Position numbers and translations under genes: made by a program. Below, piece by piece: positions 1-13,882 of a stretch of 64,000 nt of DNA (its first letter is position 1; every line of letters starts with the position of its first letter). The notes under the pieces are model-generated. The model did not search any database. It saw only the letters and a program-made list of their open reading frames with translations, and was not told the DNA's origin. This stretch comes from Polyangiales bacterium. GTDB taxonomy: Bacteria; Myxococcota_A; Polyangia; Polyangiales; JADJQN01. The DNA lies in assembly GCA_964202905.1 (NCBI GenBank), contig CAXNJO010000001.1, positions 896,001 through 960,000 on the forward strand. Direction: 5' to 3'.

Positions 1-8
1 CGCTCGTC

Positions 9-1505
9 GTGCTCTGCGGTGCGTGCTCGGCGCGCGATGCGGCGGTGCCCCGCGACGCGGGCTTGGACGCGCCGCGCGACGCGGGCGACCTGCGCGACGG
101 TGCCCGCGACGCCACCGTGCCGGCGGACGCCGACGTCGAGGGCGGCGTGTCGGACGCGAGCGCCGATGGCAGCGCGGGCGATGCGGGGGCGCGCGATGCG
201 GGCGTGGATGCCGGCATGGAGGAATTGCTGTGTCCCCTCGAGCGGCGCGTCCCGATGGGCTGCAGGCCCGCGCTCGACGAGGGTGTCGCGGGCCTGTGCG
301 ATGGCCTCGACGACGATTGCGACGGTCTCGTCGACGACGGCTGCCCGTGCGCGCTCGGCGAGGTGCGCCCGTGCTTCGCGGGGCCGCCGGGGCGTCGCGG
401 GGTCGGCGCGTGCGCGGACGGCACGCAGCAGTGCGCGGGCGGCTTCGAGATCGGCGCGTGGGGCCCCTGCGTCGGCGGACTCGTGCCCGCCGCAGAGACC
501 TGCAACGGCCTCGACGACGACTGCAACGGCTGCGCGGACGATCTCGTCGGCTGCGTACCCGACGGCACCTGCCCGGGGCCCGACGATCCGCGCATCCCGG
601 AGGGCGCGCCCTTCACCGACGTCACGCTGCGCGGCCGCGATTTCTACGCCGGTGACGCGGCGCGCTGGTCGTGGGCGGTCGAGGGCGGCCCCTGCGACGG
701 TGTGCTGCCGCGCCCCTCGTTCACGCTCCTCGACGGCACGCGCGAGACGGCGAAGTTCGTGCCCACGCTGTCTGGGGATTACACCGTCACGCTGACCGTC
801 GAGACGGCGGACGGCGCGCTCTTCCGCTGCGTCTTCGTCGTGCACGTGCGCGGTCCCGGGCTGCGCGTCGAGCTCTGCTATCCGGAGAGCGAGAGCGTGG
901 ATCTCGACCTCTTCCTCTCGGCGCCAGGCACCAGCTCGCCGTGGTTCCTCGACCCGATGGACAAGTTCAGCGCGACGCCCTCCGCGTGCGGCTGGCAGAA
1001 CTGCGAGGCCATCCTGCGCGGGAGCATGGCGCCGGCTGGGATCCCGTATCCGCGCGCGGACTGGGGCTATGCGCCGAGCCCGCTCGCGGAGTGCGAGGGC
1101 GGGCCGCTCGGTGCCGAGTGGGTCGCGCTCGGCGCGTGCGCGAATCCGCGCCTCGACATCGACAACAACCTCGTCGAGGGCATCGGCGTGGCCGAGAACA
1201 TCAACGTCGATGCGCCGCGCGACGGCGAGCGCTTCCGCGTGATGGTCCACAACTTCACGGGTGCGCGCGCGCGCCCGCTCGTGAACGTGTATTGCGAGGG
1301 GCGGCGCGTCGCGACCTTCGGCGCGGCGCCGGACGAGGTCCCCACCTTCTTCTCCACGTCCGGCGGCGTCGGCGCGATGTGGCGCGTCGCCGACGTCACC
1401 ACCCGCCGCGACGCGTCCGGCGCGCTCGCCTGCGACGTCGACCTGCTGCGCCCACCGTGGCGCTGGACGGGCTACGACGTCACCTACGACGACCCGCAGT
1501 TTTGA
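9..1505 (+). CDS. Lipoprotein (5' end probably upstream of window) with Cys/Asp repeats (MopE-related type), a PKD/Ig-like segment and a YfaP-like C-terminal domain
   Basis: LCGAC lipobox-like start; DAG-rich linker; CDGLDDDCDG and CNGLDDDCNG repeats; DLDL...LDID...ENI motifs. Confidence 0.75.
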   Translation: MLCGACSARDAAVPRDAGLDAPRDAGDLRDGARDATVPADADVEGGVSDASADGSAGDAGARDAGVDAGMEELLCPLERRVPMGCRPALDEGVAGLCDGLDDDCDGLVDDGCPCALGEVRPCFAGPPGRRGVGACADGTQQCAGGFEIGAWGPCVGGLVPAAETCNGLDDDCNGCADDLVGCVPDGTCPGPDDPRIPEGAPFTDVTLRGRDFYAGDAARWSWAVEGGPCDGVLPRPSFTLLDGTRETAKFVPTLSGDYTVTLTVETADGALFRCVFVVHVRGPGLRVELCYPESESVDLDLFLSAPGTSSPWFLDPMDKFSATPSACGWQNCEAILRGSMAPAGIPYPRADWGYAPSPLAECEGGPLGAEWVALGACANPRLDIDNNLVEGIGVAENINVDAPRDGERFRVMVHNFTGARARPLVNVYCEGRRVATFGAAPDEVPTFFSTSGGVGAMWRVADVTTRRDASGALACDVDLLRPPWRWTGYDVTYDDPQF

Positions 1506-1718
1506 GTGTTTGCGGCGCGACCCGAGCCCACGTAAGCACCATCGCGCCACCCGGGGGGAAGTCGCCGCGTCCTCCGCGAACATCCCGTGATCGCGGCGCG
1601 CTCTGCGTCGCGTGCCGCGGCGCGCGCGAGGCACGGGCACGCGAAGACGCCCCCGGCGCGGTCCTGATCGGGGGCGCCGGCGAGGCGCGTCAGCCACCCG
1701 CACGGAGCCGTGGCGCGC

Positions 1719-2147
1719 TCAGCGCAAGAACTCCACCCAGCGGATCGTTCCTTCGTCCGCGGTGTACCGAACGAGGACGACACCCTCGATGCGCGCGCCG
1801 GTCGCGCGGTTCGTCCGCCACCACCGCTCGCGTTCGACCGTGTGGGCGCCGACCGTGATCCGCGTGTCCACGGCCGCCCCGACCCCCGCGTATTCCGCGA
1901 ACATCGCCCCGTATCCCGCTCGGAACGCGGCCATCCCGCGCGTTCGGACCGCGCCGTCGTGCCCCATCACCGTCACGTCGGGGTGGTAACAGGCGCAGAA
2001 CGCGTCGAGGTCCGCGGCGTTGTAGGCGCGGAGTTGGGCGGCCGACAGCGCCTCCACCGTGGGCAGCGCGACCATGTCGACCCAGTTGGTCGCCGGCTCC
2101 ACCGTGAAGCCCGTCCGGGCGTCCTGGATCGCGGGGCGGCGGGTCAT
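1719..2147 (-). CDS. SnoaL-like / NTF2-family protein
   Basis: C-terminal part of ORF 1719..3374: QLRAYNAADLDAFCACYHPDV...VVLVRYT...IRWVEFLR. Start uncertain (2075, 2147 or 2174). Confidence 0.75.
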   Translation of the reverse strand: MTRRPAIQDARTGFTVEPATNWVDMVALPTVEALSAAQLRAYNAADLDAFCACYHPDVTVMGHDGAVRTRGMAAFRAGYGAMFAEYAGVGAAVDTRITVGAHTVERERWWRTNRATGARIEGVVLVRYTADEGTIRWVEFLR

Positions 2148-2534
2148 CGGCGGGCGCGGGCGTCGAGTCGGCATGAGCGGTCGGCCATCGTCGCTTGCGA
2201 CGCATGCTCGGGTCCATGGGCAACGACTCACCTCGCCGCCTTCGCAGCACGGCCGCGCGCGGGCGTCCGAGGCTCGGACGCGGCTCGGCACCGAGCAGAC
2301 CAGCGACCTTCTGCGACGCCTCGCTCGACATGCGCAGTGAGGGCGGCTTGTTCCGAGGGAGCCGTCGTCCTGGGCCGAGGGAACAAGGGGCCGATCGACG
2401 GCTCCTATCCCGGACATCTTCACGCTCTCCACACGAGCGAGTCGGTGTTGACAACCCCGGCGAGGCCGTCTTCCCATCGCCTCCGAAGACGTGATCCCGG
2501 TCACCGCAGATGGCCGAACCCAGGAGAAGCTGAG

Positions 2535-3296
2535 ATGCGCGAGGTGCTTCGAAGCGTGGGCGCCGGGGCGCTCGTCGTGTGGATGTCGGCTTGTTCGCCG
2601 GAGCAGCCTTCCGGAACGCCCGACGGCGGCGCCCTCGGCACGGACGCGGGGCCGGTCGACACGGATGCCGCAGGGGTCGCGTCCGATGCCGGCGCGCCCG
2701 TCGAACCGCCCACCGGAGGCGGCCCGCTCGAGGGCTACTGGGTGTGGGACCGACGCGTCGAGGGCAGTGAGGTCCAGATGGGCACGATCGACATGGGGCA
2801 GATGAAGCTCGCGTTCGGCATGGACAACGCGCGCTGCCACTACGTGTGGAACGAGACCACGCGCTCGGACTTCCACACCGAGTGCACGTACACGGTCGAC
2901 GGCGACATGTTGACGTTCACAGCGACGGCGGACTCCGACGGCACGGCGGCAGGCTGGTCCTGCGCCCACCCGGATTGGACCAACTGGAATGACCGCCCCG
3001 CCGTCCAGTACGGGCGCTTTCGAGTCATGGGCGACGAACTCTGGGTGGGCGTCAACACGTACTGGGGGTTCGGCGGTGGCGTGAACGACATCCCTCGGAA
3101 CAACTCGGCCAAGCGCTTTCCGTTCTGGGAGAGCCTCGACCAGGCGAGCAGGCTCGAGAGCTGGATCGTCTTTCGCCGCGTGAGCCGCGCCGACTGGTAC
3201 GACCGCTACGCGATCAGCACGAACTGTCAGGGCACCCCCGAGCTGTGCTCGACGCTCCCGGGATGTGGGGCGGGCGACCGCGGGTACGTCGACTGA
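2535..3296 (+). CDS. Hypothetical lipoprotein
   Basis: AGGAGA RBS at 2522-2527, ATG at 2535, MREVLRSVGAGALVVWMSAC lipobox, DAG linker, then a Trp/Cys-rich globular region. Confidence 0.75.
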   Translation: MREVLRSVGAGALVVWMSACSPEQPSGTPDGGALGTDAGPVDTDAAGVASDAGAPVEPPTGGGPLEGYWVWDRRVEGSEVQMGTIDMGQMKLAFGMDNARCHYVWNETTRSDFHTECTYTVDGDMLTFTATADSDGTAAGWSCAHPDWTNWNDRPAVQYGRFRVMGDELWVGVNTYWGFGGGVNDIPRNNSAKRFPFWESLDQASRLESWIVFRRVSRADWYDRYAISTNCQGTPELCSTLPGCGAGDRGYVD

Positions 3297-3413
3297 GCGC
3301 CGCGGAATCGGCGGCGTCGGGCGAGGTCGCGCGGCGCGTACGGAGGCGCGGCCGCGGGTGGGATCGACCGGCACGCCGCTCCGGAAGAGTCATCACCCTT
3401 CCATGCAGGGATG

Positions 3414-3436
3414 GGATGCGTCGCTGCGGCGCATCC
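3414..3436. terminator. Hairpin between convergent genes, possible terminator
   Basis: GGATGCG-TCGCTGCGG-CGCATCC inverted repeat; weak T-tract downstream on + strand. Confidence 0.3.
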
Positions 3437-3493
3437 GTGCGTTCTTTCCAGCGTATTCACCGGGATTCCCTGCCTCCCGCACGACGCCCGACG

Positions 3494-6649
<3,156 letters not shown>

Positions 6650-6672
6650 GAGCGGACCTCCGAGGGATCCGA

Positions 6673-6701
6673 TCGGTACTGAACATGGGCGCAGGTGTCA
6701 A
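6673..6701 (-). promoter_or_regulatory. dnaE2 promoter with a putative LexA box in the -35/-10 spacer
   Basis: Minus strand reads TTGACA (6701-6696), C, CTGCGCCCATGTTCAG (6694-6679), TACCGA; same layout as the site upstream of imuA. Confidence 0.75.
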
Positions 6702-6777
6702 CGCGACAGCGGTCGGAGCACGCGAGCCGGGTGGCGCGCCGTGCGGTGGCGTGTTCGCCCGGTGGCGCGCCGCGCGC

Positions 6778-7083
6778 TCAGCGTCGCCTCTTGCGGGCCA
6801 TCAGCGCACACAGGTCGCCGATGGTCGTCGGTGCCTCGATCGGGTGGCGCAGTCCGCGGTCGAGGTGGACCTGGTAGTGGTTGCGGCGACCGTCGCGTTC
6901 GCGCGTGAGGTACTCCGCCGCCTCGAGCTCGCCGACGATGCGCTGCGCGGCGCGCTCCGTGATGCCGACGCGCTGCGCGACGTCACGCAGGAGGAGATCG
7001 GGCTCACGCGCGAGCAGCAGCAGCACGTGCCCGTGGTTCGTGAAGAACGTCCACGCGGGCATCTCTTCAGGCTGGGACATCAC
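6778..7083 (-). CDS. Small winged-helix transcriptional regulator (MarR/AsnC/ArsR-like)
   Basis: WTFFTNHGHVL...RDVAQRVGITERAAQRIV...GRRNHY...LRHP pattern. Confidence 0.9.
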   Translation of the reverse strand: MMSQPEEMPAWTFFTNHGHVLLLLAREPDLLLRDVAQRVGITERAAQRIVGELEAAEYLTRERDGRRNHYQVHLDRGLRHPIEAPTTIGDLCALMARKRRR

Positions 7084-7130
7084 GGTGCGCCTCCCGGTTA
7101 CCGCGAACTAGCACATCGAAGTCACGATTC

Positions 7131-7170
7131 GCAATTGACGTTTTTCAATGCGGGAAATAAAAATCGCGTC
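7131..7170 (+). promoter_or_regulatory. AT-rich divergent promoter region of the ABC/HlyD/TolC operon
   Basis: TTGACG (7135-7140), 17 nt, TAAAAA (7158-7163); ATTGA-N6-TCAAT dyad overlaps the -35. Confidence 0.55.
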
Positions 7171-7214
7171 ATGGACCGCCGTCGTCGCGCCGCGCCGCCC
7201 TGGGACCCGACCCG

Positions 7215-9613
7215 ATGACACCCACCTCGCCCGAGGTTGGCCCGCCCGGGGGAAGCGGGACGGAGCGCGCGCCTGCGGCACCCGGTCGCCCGGACGGGGA
7301 CGAGGGCGCAGCGACCCGCGGTCTCGAGGGGCGTGCACGCGCCAGCTACCCGGCGCTCCGCGCGCTCTGTGAGGCCTACGACCTGCAGCCGGACGTGCGC
7401 ACCGTGCTCCGCGCGCTCTCGGTCGCGAGCCGGCTCGAGGTCGACGCGCCGTCGTCGCCGGGTGATGCACCTCCCTTGCTCCGCGTGCTCGCGCGGGCGC
7501 TCCCCGAGGTCGGGCTGCGTGCGTACGTCGGGCACGGTGCGGGCGCAGCGCTCGCGACGGCGGCTGCGCGCAGCGGGGTCTGCGTGGCGCTCGCGGGCGA
7601 CACCGACGAGGACGCCCCGCACGCCGTGCTCGGCCTCGTCACGGCGGAGGGCGCGCGGGTCGCGCTGCGGCGCCTCCGGCTCGTCGCGTCCCCCGGGGAT
7701 GACGTGTCCGCGCCGCCGCCGGACGACGCGGAGGCGCCGGTGTCGGTCGACGCGGGGGCGCTCGCCGCCGCCCTCGGCGCTGCGCCGGACGCTTCACTGT
7801 GGTGGATCTCCGCCTCGCCGCTGCTGCCCCTCGGTGCGCTCGGTCCCGAGGGGGGCGAGGGCCATGGACCGGCGGGCGCAGGGAAGGATGGCCACGCGCC
7901 GGGCGGCGACGCGCACGACGACGGCCGTTCGCCGTTCGCGCGGCTGCGTACGCTCGCGCGCCTCGAGCGCGACGATCTCTGGATCGTGCTCGTTTACGCG
8001 ACCGGCGTCGGTCTGCTCTCGCTCGCGACGCCGGTCGCGGTGCAGGCGCTCGTGAACACGGTGGCCTTCGGCGCGCTGGTGTTCCCGGTCGTCGTGCTCG
8101 CGCTCCTGCTCGCCGGTGTGCTCGCCTTCGCGGGGGTGCTCCATGCGCTGCAGATGCAGGTCGTCGAGACGATCCAGCAGCGCGTGTTCACGCGGGTCGC
8201 GCTCGATCTCGCCCACCGCCTGCCACGCGTACGCGCGGAGGCGCTCGACCGCTCTTGGGGCCCGGAGCTGGTGAACCGCTTCTTCGACGTGCTCACCGTG
8301 CAGAAGTCCGCGAGCACCTTCCTGCTCGACGGTCTCTCGCTCGTGCTCTCGGCGGGCATCGGGATGCTCGTCCTCGCCTTCTACCACCCGGCGCTGCTCG
8401 CCTTCGACCTCGTGCTCGTGGTCTCGGTCAGCGGACTTCTCTGGGGCCTCGGTCGGCGTGGCCCGTACACCGCGATCCGTGAATCGAAGGCGAAGTACCG
8501 CGTGGCGGCGTGGCTCGAGGATCTCGCCCGCAGCGGCGCGACCTTCCGCTCGCCGCACGGCGCGGAGTTCGCGTCGTCGCGCGCGGACGAACTCGCGAGG
8601 GCCTACCTCGGCGCACGGAGGGAATCTTTCAAGGTGGTGTTTCGGCAGTACGCGGGTGTCCTCGCGTTGCAGGCGATCGCGACGGGGACCCTGCTGGGTC
8701 TCGGCGGTTGGCTCGTGGTGGCCCGTCAGCTCACGCTCGGCCAGCTCGTCGCTTCGGAACTCATCGTCGCGACCGTCGTCTCCAACCTCTCGAAGCTCGG
8801 CCGCAAGATCGACGCGTACTACGACCTGCTCGCGGCCGTCGACAAGCTCGGGCATCTCGCCGATCTCCCGCTCGAGCGCGCGCACGCGGCGCGACGCTCC
8901 CGCGCGCAGTGGGGCCCGCGTCGCTCGTCGTGCAAGGGCTGTCCTACACCTACGAGGGGGGCGAGACGCTCGCGGTGCCGTCCTTCACGCTCACCGCGGG
9001 CGAGCGTGTCGCGCTCGTCGGCGGCGCGGGCGCGGGCAAGTCGACGGTGGCCGATGTCCTCTACGGGCTGCGTGCGCCGAGCCAGGGCACGATCGAACTC
9101 GACGGCGTGGACGTGCGTGAGCTCGCGCCGCACGCGCTGCGGGCCCGCGTCGCGCTGATCCGCCCGGCGGACGCGCTCGTCGTCGAGGGAACGCTCGCGG
9201 ACAACGTCGCGCTCGGGCGGACTGCGATCGGGCACGCCGAGGCGCGCGTGGCGCTCGACGCGGTCGGTCTGACGGAGCGCGTGCGCGCGCTGCCGCAGGG
9301 GCTCGCGACGCCGCTCGCGGCGACGGGCGCGCCGCTCGGCAGCTCGGATCTGCGTCGGCTCGGGGTCGCGCGCGCGATCGCGGGGGCGCCGCGGCTCATC
9401 GTCGTGGATGGCGGCGTCGCGGGGCTCGACCTCGAGGCGCGTGAGCGGGTGCAGGCCGCGCTCACCGCGCCCGGCGCGCCCTGGTCGCTCGTCGTCCTCG
9501 CGGCGCCGGATGATCCGCTCGTCGGCGCTTGCGATCGCGTGCTGCGGCTCGAGTCTCACACCCTCGGCGAGGGACCGCACGGCGCGGCTGGTCACGAGCG
9601 GGGGGCGGCGTGA
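7215..9613 (+). CDS. Type I secretion-like ABC transporter permease/ATPase, frameshifted near 8880
   Basis: Membrane domain in ORF 7215..9158 (PELVNRFFDVLTVQK, LTLGQLVASE); NBD in ORF 8510..9613 (GGAGAGKST). Confidence 0.85.
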
Positions 9614-10962
9614 GCGGCCCCACTGAGGCGAACGACGTCGCGCTCGGGATGTCGTCGGAGGCGGCCGATCGCGCTGCACACATGCTCGTTCGTTCGCCGC
9701 GGGCTGCACGGGTCGTGGCGCGGTTGCTGCTCGCGCTGACGCTGCTCTGCGCGCTCGCGCTCTTCTCGCCCTGGCAGCAATCGGCGCCATCGATGGGCAA
9801 GGTCGTCGCGTTCACCCCGCTCGAGCGACGGCAGACGATCGAGGCGCCGATCGAGGGGCGCGTCTCTCGCTGGTCCGTGCAGGAGGGGACGCGCGTCGAG
9901 ACGGGGGACATCCTCGTCGAGCTCTCCGACAACGACCCGCTCATCCTGCAGCGGCTGCGTGACGAGCGCGCCGGCATCTCCGCGCGGCTGGTCGCCGTGC
10001 GCGCGCGCGCCGACGCGCTCGGGGACCGCATCGAGTTCGTCACGGCCTCGCGCAGCAGCGCGCTCGACGCGGCCGCCGCCCGTGTGCGCATGGCCGAGGA
10101 CCGTGTGCGCTCTGCGGCGCAGGCCGTCACGGCGGGTGAGGCCGCGCACCTCGCCGCGGAGCTGCAGGTCGAGCGGCAGCGCGGCCTCGAGGCCGATGGG
10201 CTCGCGTCCCGGCGCACGCTCGAGCTCGCCGAGGCCGATCTCACGCGGACGCGCACGGACGTCGAGCGCGCCGAGGCGATGCTCTCGGCTTCCCGCGCAG
10301 AGGAGCGCGCCTTGCGCAGCGACCAGCAGAAGATCGGCAACGACACAGGCGCCGCGATCGACGATGCGCGTGCGTCGCGGGCGAGTGCGGTCGGTGAGGC
10401 GGGCGCTGCGGAGGCGGAGCTCGCGCGCATCGACGTGCGCCTCGCGCGGCAGGAGACGATGGTCGTGCGCGCGCCGGCGCCGGGCACGGTGCTGCGGCTC
10501 TCGGGCGGTGTCGGTGGCGAGATGGTGAAGGCCGGCGATTCGCTGCTCGTCTTCGTGCCGGACACCGAGCACCGCGCGGTGGAGCTGTGGGTCGACGGGG
10601 TCGACATCCCGCTCATCGCGGAGGGGCGCAGGGTGCGCATCCAGTTCGAGGGTTGGCCCGCGGTGCAGTTCACCGGCTGGCCGAGCGTCGCGGTCGGCAC
10701 CTTCGGGGGCCGCGTGACGCTCATCGACGCGACGGACGACGGGCAGGGGCGCTTCCGCATCGTGGTGACGCCCGACCTCCGCGACGAGCCCTGGCCAAGT
10801 GGCCGCTACCTGCGGCAGGGCGTCCGCGCGAACGGCTGGGTGCTGCTCGATCAGGTCACGCTCGGCTACGAGCTCTGGCGCCGCTTCAACGGCTTCCCGC
10901 CCGTGGTCGCGCTGAGCGAATCGGGCGGCGCATCGGCCTCCGGCAAGGAGAAGTCCAAGTGA
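9610..10962 (+). CDS. HlyD-family membrane fusion protein
   Basis: GTG overlaps the upstream TGA; N-terminal TM, lipoyl-like halves, coiled coil, VRIQFEGWPAVQFTGWPSVAVGTFGG. Confidence 0.92.
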   Translation: MSGPTEANDVALGMSSEAADRAAHMLVRSPRAARVVARLLLALTLLCALALFSPWQQSAPSMGKVVAFTPLERRQTIEAPIEGRVSRWSVQEGTRVETGDILVELSDNDPLILQRLRDERAGISARLVAVRARADALGDRIEFVTASRSSALDAAAARVRMAEDRVRSAAQAVTAGEAAHLAAELQVERQRGLEADGLASRRTLELAEADLTRTRTDVERAEAMLSASRAEERALRSDQQKIGNDTGAAIDDARASRASAVGEAGAAEAELARIDVRLARQETMVVRAPAPGTVLRLSGGVGGEMVKAGDSLLVFVPDTEHRAVELWVDGVDIPLIAEGRRVRIQFEGWPAVQFTGWPSVAVGTFGGRVTLIDATDDGQGRFRIVVTPDLRDEPWPSGRYLRQGVRANGWVLLDQVTLGYELWRRFNGFPPVVALSESGGASASGKEKSK

Positions 10963-12515
10963 GCGCGCGGCCGCGCGGCGCAGCACTGCGCGCGGTCGCA
11001 GTAGGCGCGGTCGTCGTCGCAGCCATCACCATCCTTCAACAGGGTGTTGCGTGGGCGCAGCCGTTCGATGGCGGCGGCGCGGCAGGGCCGACCGGCGAGC
11101 CGCCCCCGGCGCCCGCGGGGCCGCCGCTCACGCTCGGTGAGGTGCTCGCGAGCGTCGAGGCTACCTACCCGCTCCTCGACGCGGCGCGCAGCGACATCGA
11201 GGCGGCGGAGGCCGAGCAGCTCGCGGCCGACGGTGCGTTCGATCCGCTCTGGCGCACGCGCGCGTCGCTCTTCGCCGGGGGCTACGGCTATGGCCGCCTC
11301 GACATGCTCGTCGAGGAGCCGACGCCGCTGTGGGGCGCGAGCTTCTTCGTGGGTTACCGCTACGGCCGCGGGAAGATCCAAGACTACTACCAAGAGCTCG
11401 AGACGCTGCAGTACGGCGAGCTGCGCGCGGGCCTGCAGGTCCCGCTCTGGCGCAACGGCCCGATCGATCGGCGCCGCGCGTCCATCGCGCGCGCGGATCT
11501 GGGCTTCGAGCTCGCGGAGCTCGGCGTCGCGGTGAGCCGGCTTGAGGCCGTGCGGCTCGCGTCGGTGCGCTACGCGGAGTGGGTCGCCGCGGGGCGTCGC
11601 GCGGAGATCGCGCGGACGCTGCTCGCGCTCGCGACGACGCGCGACGCGCAGGTCGCGGCGCGGGCTGCGCGCGGCGACGTCCCTGCGCTCGAGCGTGTCG
11701 AGAACCAGCGCCTCGTGCTCCAGCGTGAGGCCGCAGTCGTCGCGGCCGAGCGCAGCCTCGTGCAGGCGGGGCTCGAGCTCTCGCTCTACTACCGCGGGTC
11801 GGACGGGCGGCCACGCGTGCCGTCGAGCGCGCGGCTGCCTGCGGCGATGCCGGAGCCGCGCGCGATCGGCCAGGCCGAGGCCCGCCGTGCGCGGACGCAG
11901 GCCGAGGCGCGGCGCCCGGAGCCCCGGCGCTTCGAGCGCGCGCGCGCGCAGCTCGAGGTCGATCGCGACCTCGCGGAGAATCAGGCAGCGCCCGCGATCG
12001 ACGTCATCCTCTTCGCCTCGCAGGATCTCGGCGCGCGTGACGTCGCCGACCCGACGCTCAGCCGCGCCCACATCCCGCAGATCGAGGCCTCGGTGCAGCT
12101 CGAGATCCCCGTGCTCGACCGAGTCGCCCGCGGCCGTGCGGCGGCCGCCTCCGCGGGCATGACGCGGCTCGACGCGCAGCGCGAGCTCGCGCTCGATCGC
12201 GTGCGTGCCGAGGTGCGTGATGCGCTCTCCGCGCTCGACGCCGCGCAGCGCCGCGTCGCGCTCGTGCGGCGCGAGGTCGAGGTCACCGCGCAGCTCGAGG
12301 CGGCCGAGCGGCAGCGCTTCGAGGCCGGCGATTCCACGCTCTTCGTCGTCAACCTGCGCGAGCAGGCGACAGCCGAGGCCCGCATCCGCGAGGTCGACAC
12401 GCTCCTCGACTGGCAGCGCGCGTCGGCCGCATTCCGCGCCGCGACGGCCGAGGACGTCGGCCCGATCGTCAACCGGGGTCGGGTCTCGGACGCGCGCCCC
12501 GGCGAAGATCTCTGA
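10959..12515 (+). CDS. TolC-family outer membrane protein
   Basis: GTGA overlap; signal peptide; ADGAFDP, ERQRFEAGDSTLFVVNLREQ. Confidence 0.9.
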   Translation: MSARPRGAALRAVAVGAVVVAAITILQQGVAWAQPFDGGGAAGPTGEPPPAPAGPPLTLGEVLASVEATYPLLDAARSDIEAAEAEQLAADGAFDPLWRTRASLFAGGYGYGRLDMLVEEPTPLWGASFFVGYRYGRGKIQDYYQELETLQYGELRAGLQVPLWRNGPIDRRRASIARADLGFELAELGVAVSRLEAVRLASVRYAEWVAAGRRAEIARTLLALATTRDAQVAARAARGDVPALERVENQRLVLQREAAVVAAERSLVQAGLELSLYYRGSDGRPRVPSSARLPAAMPEPRAIGQAEARRARTQAEARRPEPRRFERARAQLEVDRDLAENQAAPAIDVILFASQDLGARDVADPTLSRAHIPQIEASVQLEIPVLDRVARGRAAAASAGMTRLDAQRELALDRVRAEVRDALSALDAAQRRVALVRREVEVTAQLEAAERQRFEAGDSTLFVVNLREQATAEARIREVDTLLDWQRASAAFRAATAEDVGPIVNRGRVSDARPGEDL

Positions 12516-12680
12516 CGACGTCGCTCACGAGGACTGGCGCGGCGAGCGCGCGATCGTCCAGCCCGACGCAGGGTCGTCGTCCGACGCGGACTTGACCCCG
12601 GCGCCCGCCCGTGGGCATGACGCAGCCGTCCGCGCATCGTTCGGTCGCCTTTTCACTCTCGCCTCACTGTGGGTCACGAC

Positions 12681-13824
12681 ATGCATCGCACGTTCTTCGC
12701 CAAGGCTCTGCTCCTCTCTCTCGCCGCCGGCTGCTCGTCGTCCGTGTCGTCGTCGGCCAACGCGACGTTGCCGGCCCCCGCGCCGCCTGCCGTGCAGGCC
12801 GAGGCCGTCGACGCGACATCGACGGCGGCCGAGGCCGGCGCCGCGTCGCAGCAAATGACCATCACCCAAGGGGGTGCACCGCAACTCGCCGCGCCGACGA
12901 CGGCGCGCGTGGCGCAGTCCGGGGACGCGGCGACGCGCTGTGCGCGGCTGGCCGGCCTGTGCCTCGAGGATGTGGGGCGGATGATGAGCTTCCTCGGCGC
13001 GACGGCCGAGCAGTCGCGCGTCGCCCTCGATCGTCTTCGCCCCGCCTACGGCGATCGATTCGTCGGCCGATGCGCCACGGCGACCCCGGAGACGCTCTCG
13101 TGCGTGGAGACGGCCGAGAACGCCTTCACCGGGCTCGCCCGCTGCGGGATCAACAAGGGCAGGGCCTTTTCCGACGTGTTGGTCCTCGAAGAAGGCGGCC
13201 GCCACGAGGTGCGTTGGCGGGCCGACGAGCGTGAGGTGACGGACGCGGCAGGGGCCGCCGCGCTCCGCGCCGCGATGGTCGGCTCCTGGGCCCAGCGGCA
13301 GATGGGCATGTGGACGTTCACGGCCGAGGGCGGTGCGACGCAGACGAGCCGTGTCGGCCAGACGGACCGCGTCGACACCTCGGCAGTTCACGACGACGAG
13401 CCGCGCGCGCATCATGTCGGCGCCGATCGGTCTCTGGTCGGCGGTCGTGGACGGAGATCTCCTCTATCTGAACGGCACCTCCGGAGGGGCCGGATACGCC
13501 GAAGCGCAGCCCATCGCAGAAGATGGTACGGCGATCGCGGTCAGCTTCGGTCTCTGGGCGATTCAAGATATCCACGGGACGCCGCGCTGCACGGGATTCA
13601 GCTGGTGGGGGCAGCCCGTGGAGTCGGCCCAGTGTGTGTGGGAGGGCCAGGGCGACGCGCGCCGACTCCGGATCATGGCGGGGTTCGGCCACGACCTCCT
13701 CTCCGGTGAGCCGGCCCCGCCGTCGCCGGTTCGCCTGCGGGAGATGTCCGGCCATCTCGTCGGGAACAACGACTTTCACTTCTTCCAGCGCGTTCGTCCG
13801 AGCGGCGCTGCGCCCACGCGCTGA
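12681..13824 (+). CDS. Hypothetical lipoprotein, frameshifted near 13375
   Basis: MHRTFFAKALLLSLAAGC lipobox; protein-like sequence continues in ORF 13333..13824. Confidence 0.6.
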
Positions 13825-13882
13825 AACAGCGCGTCGTGCGCGGTGTTCGGCGGGCCGACGGCGACGCGTGCGTGCGTCGTCG

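Noticed and set aside
8870..8900. Programmed ribosomal frameshift in the ABC gene
   Set aside because: No slippery heptamer; many similar indels elsewhere point to sequencing error
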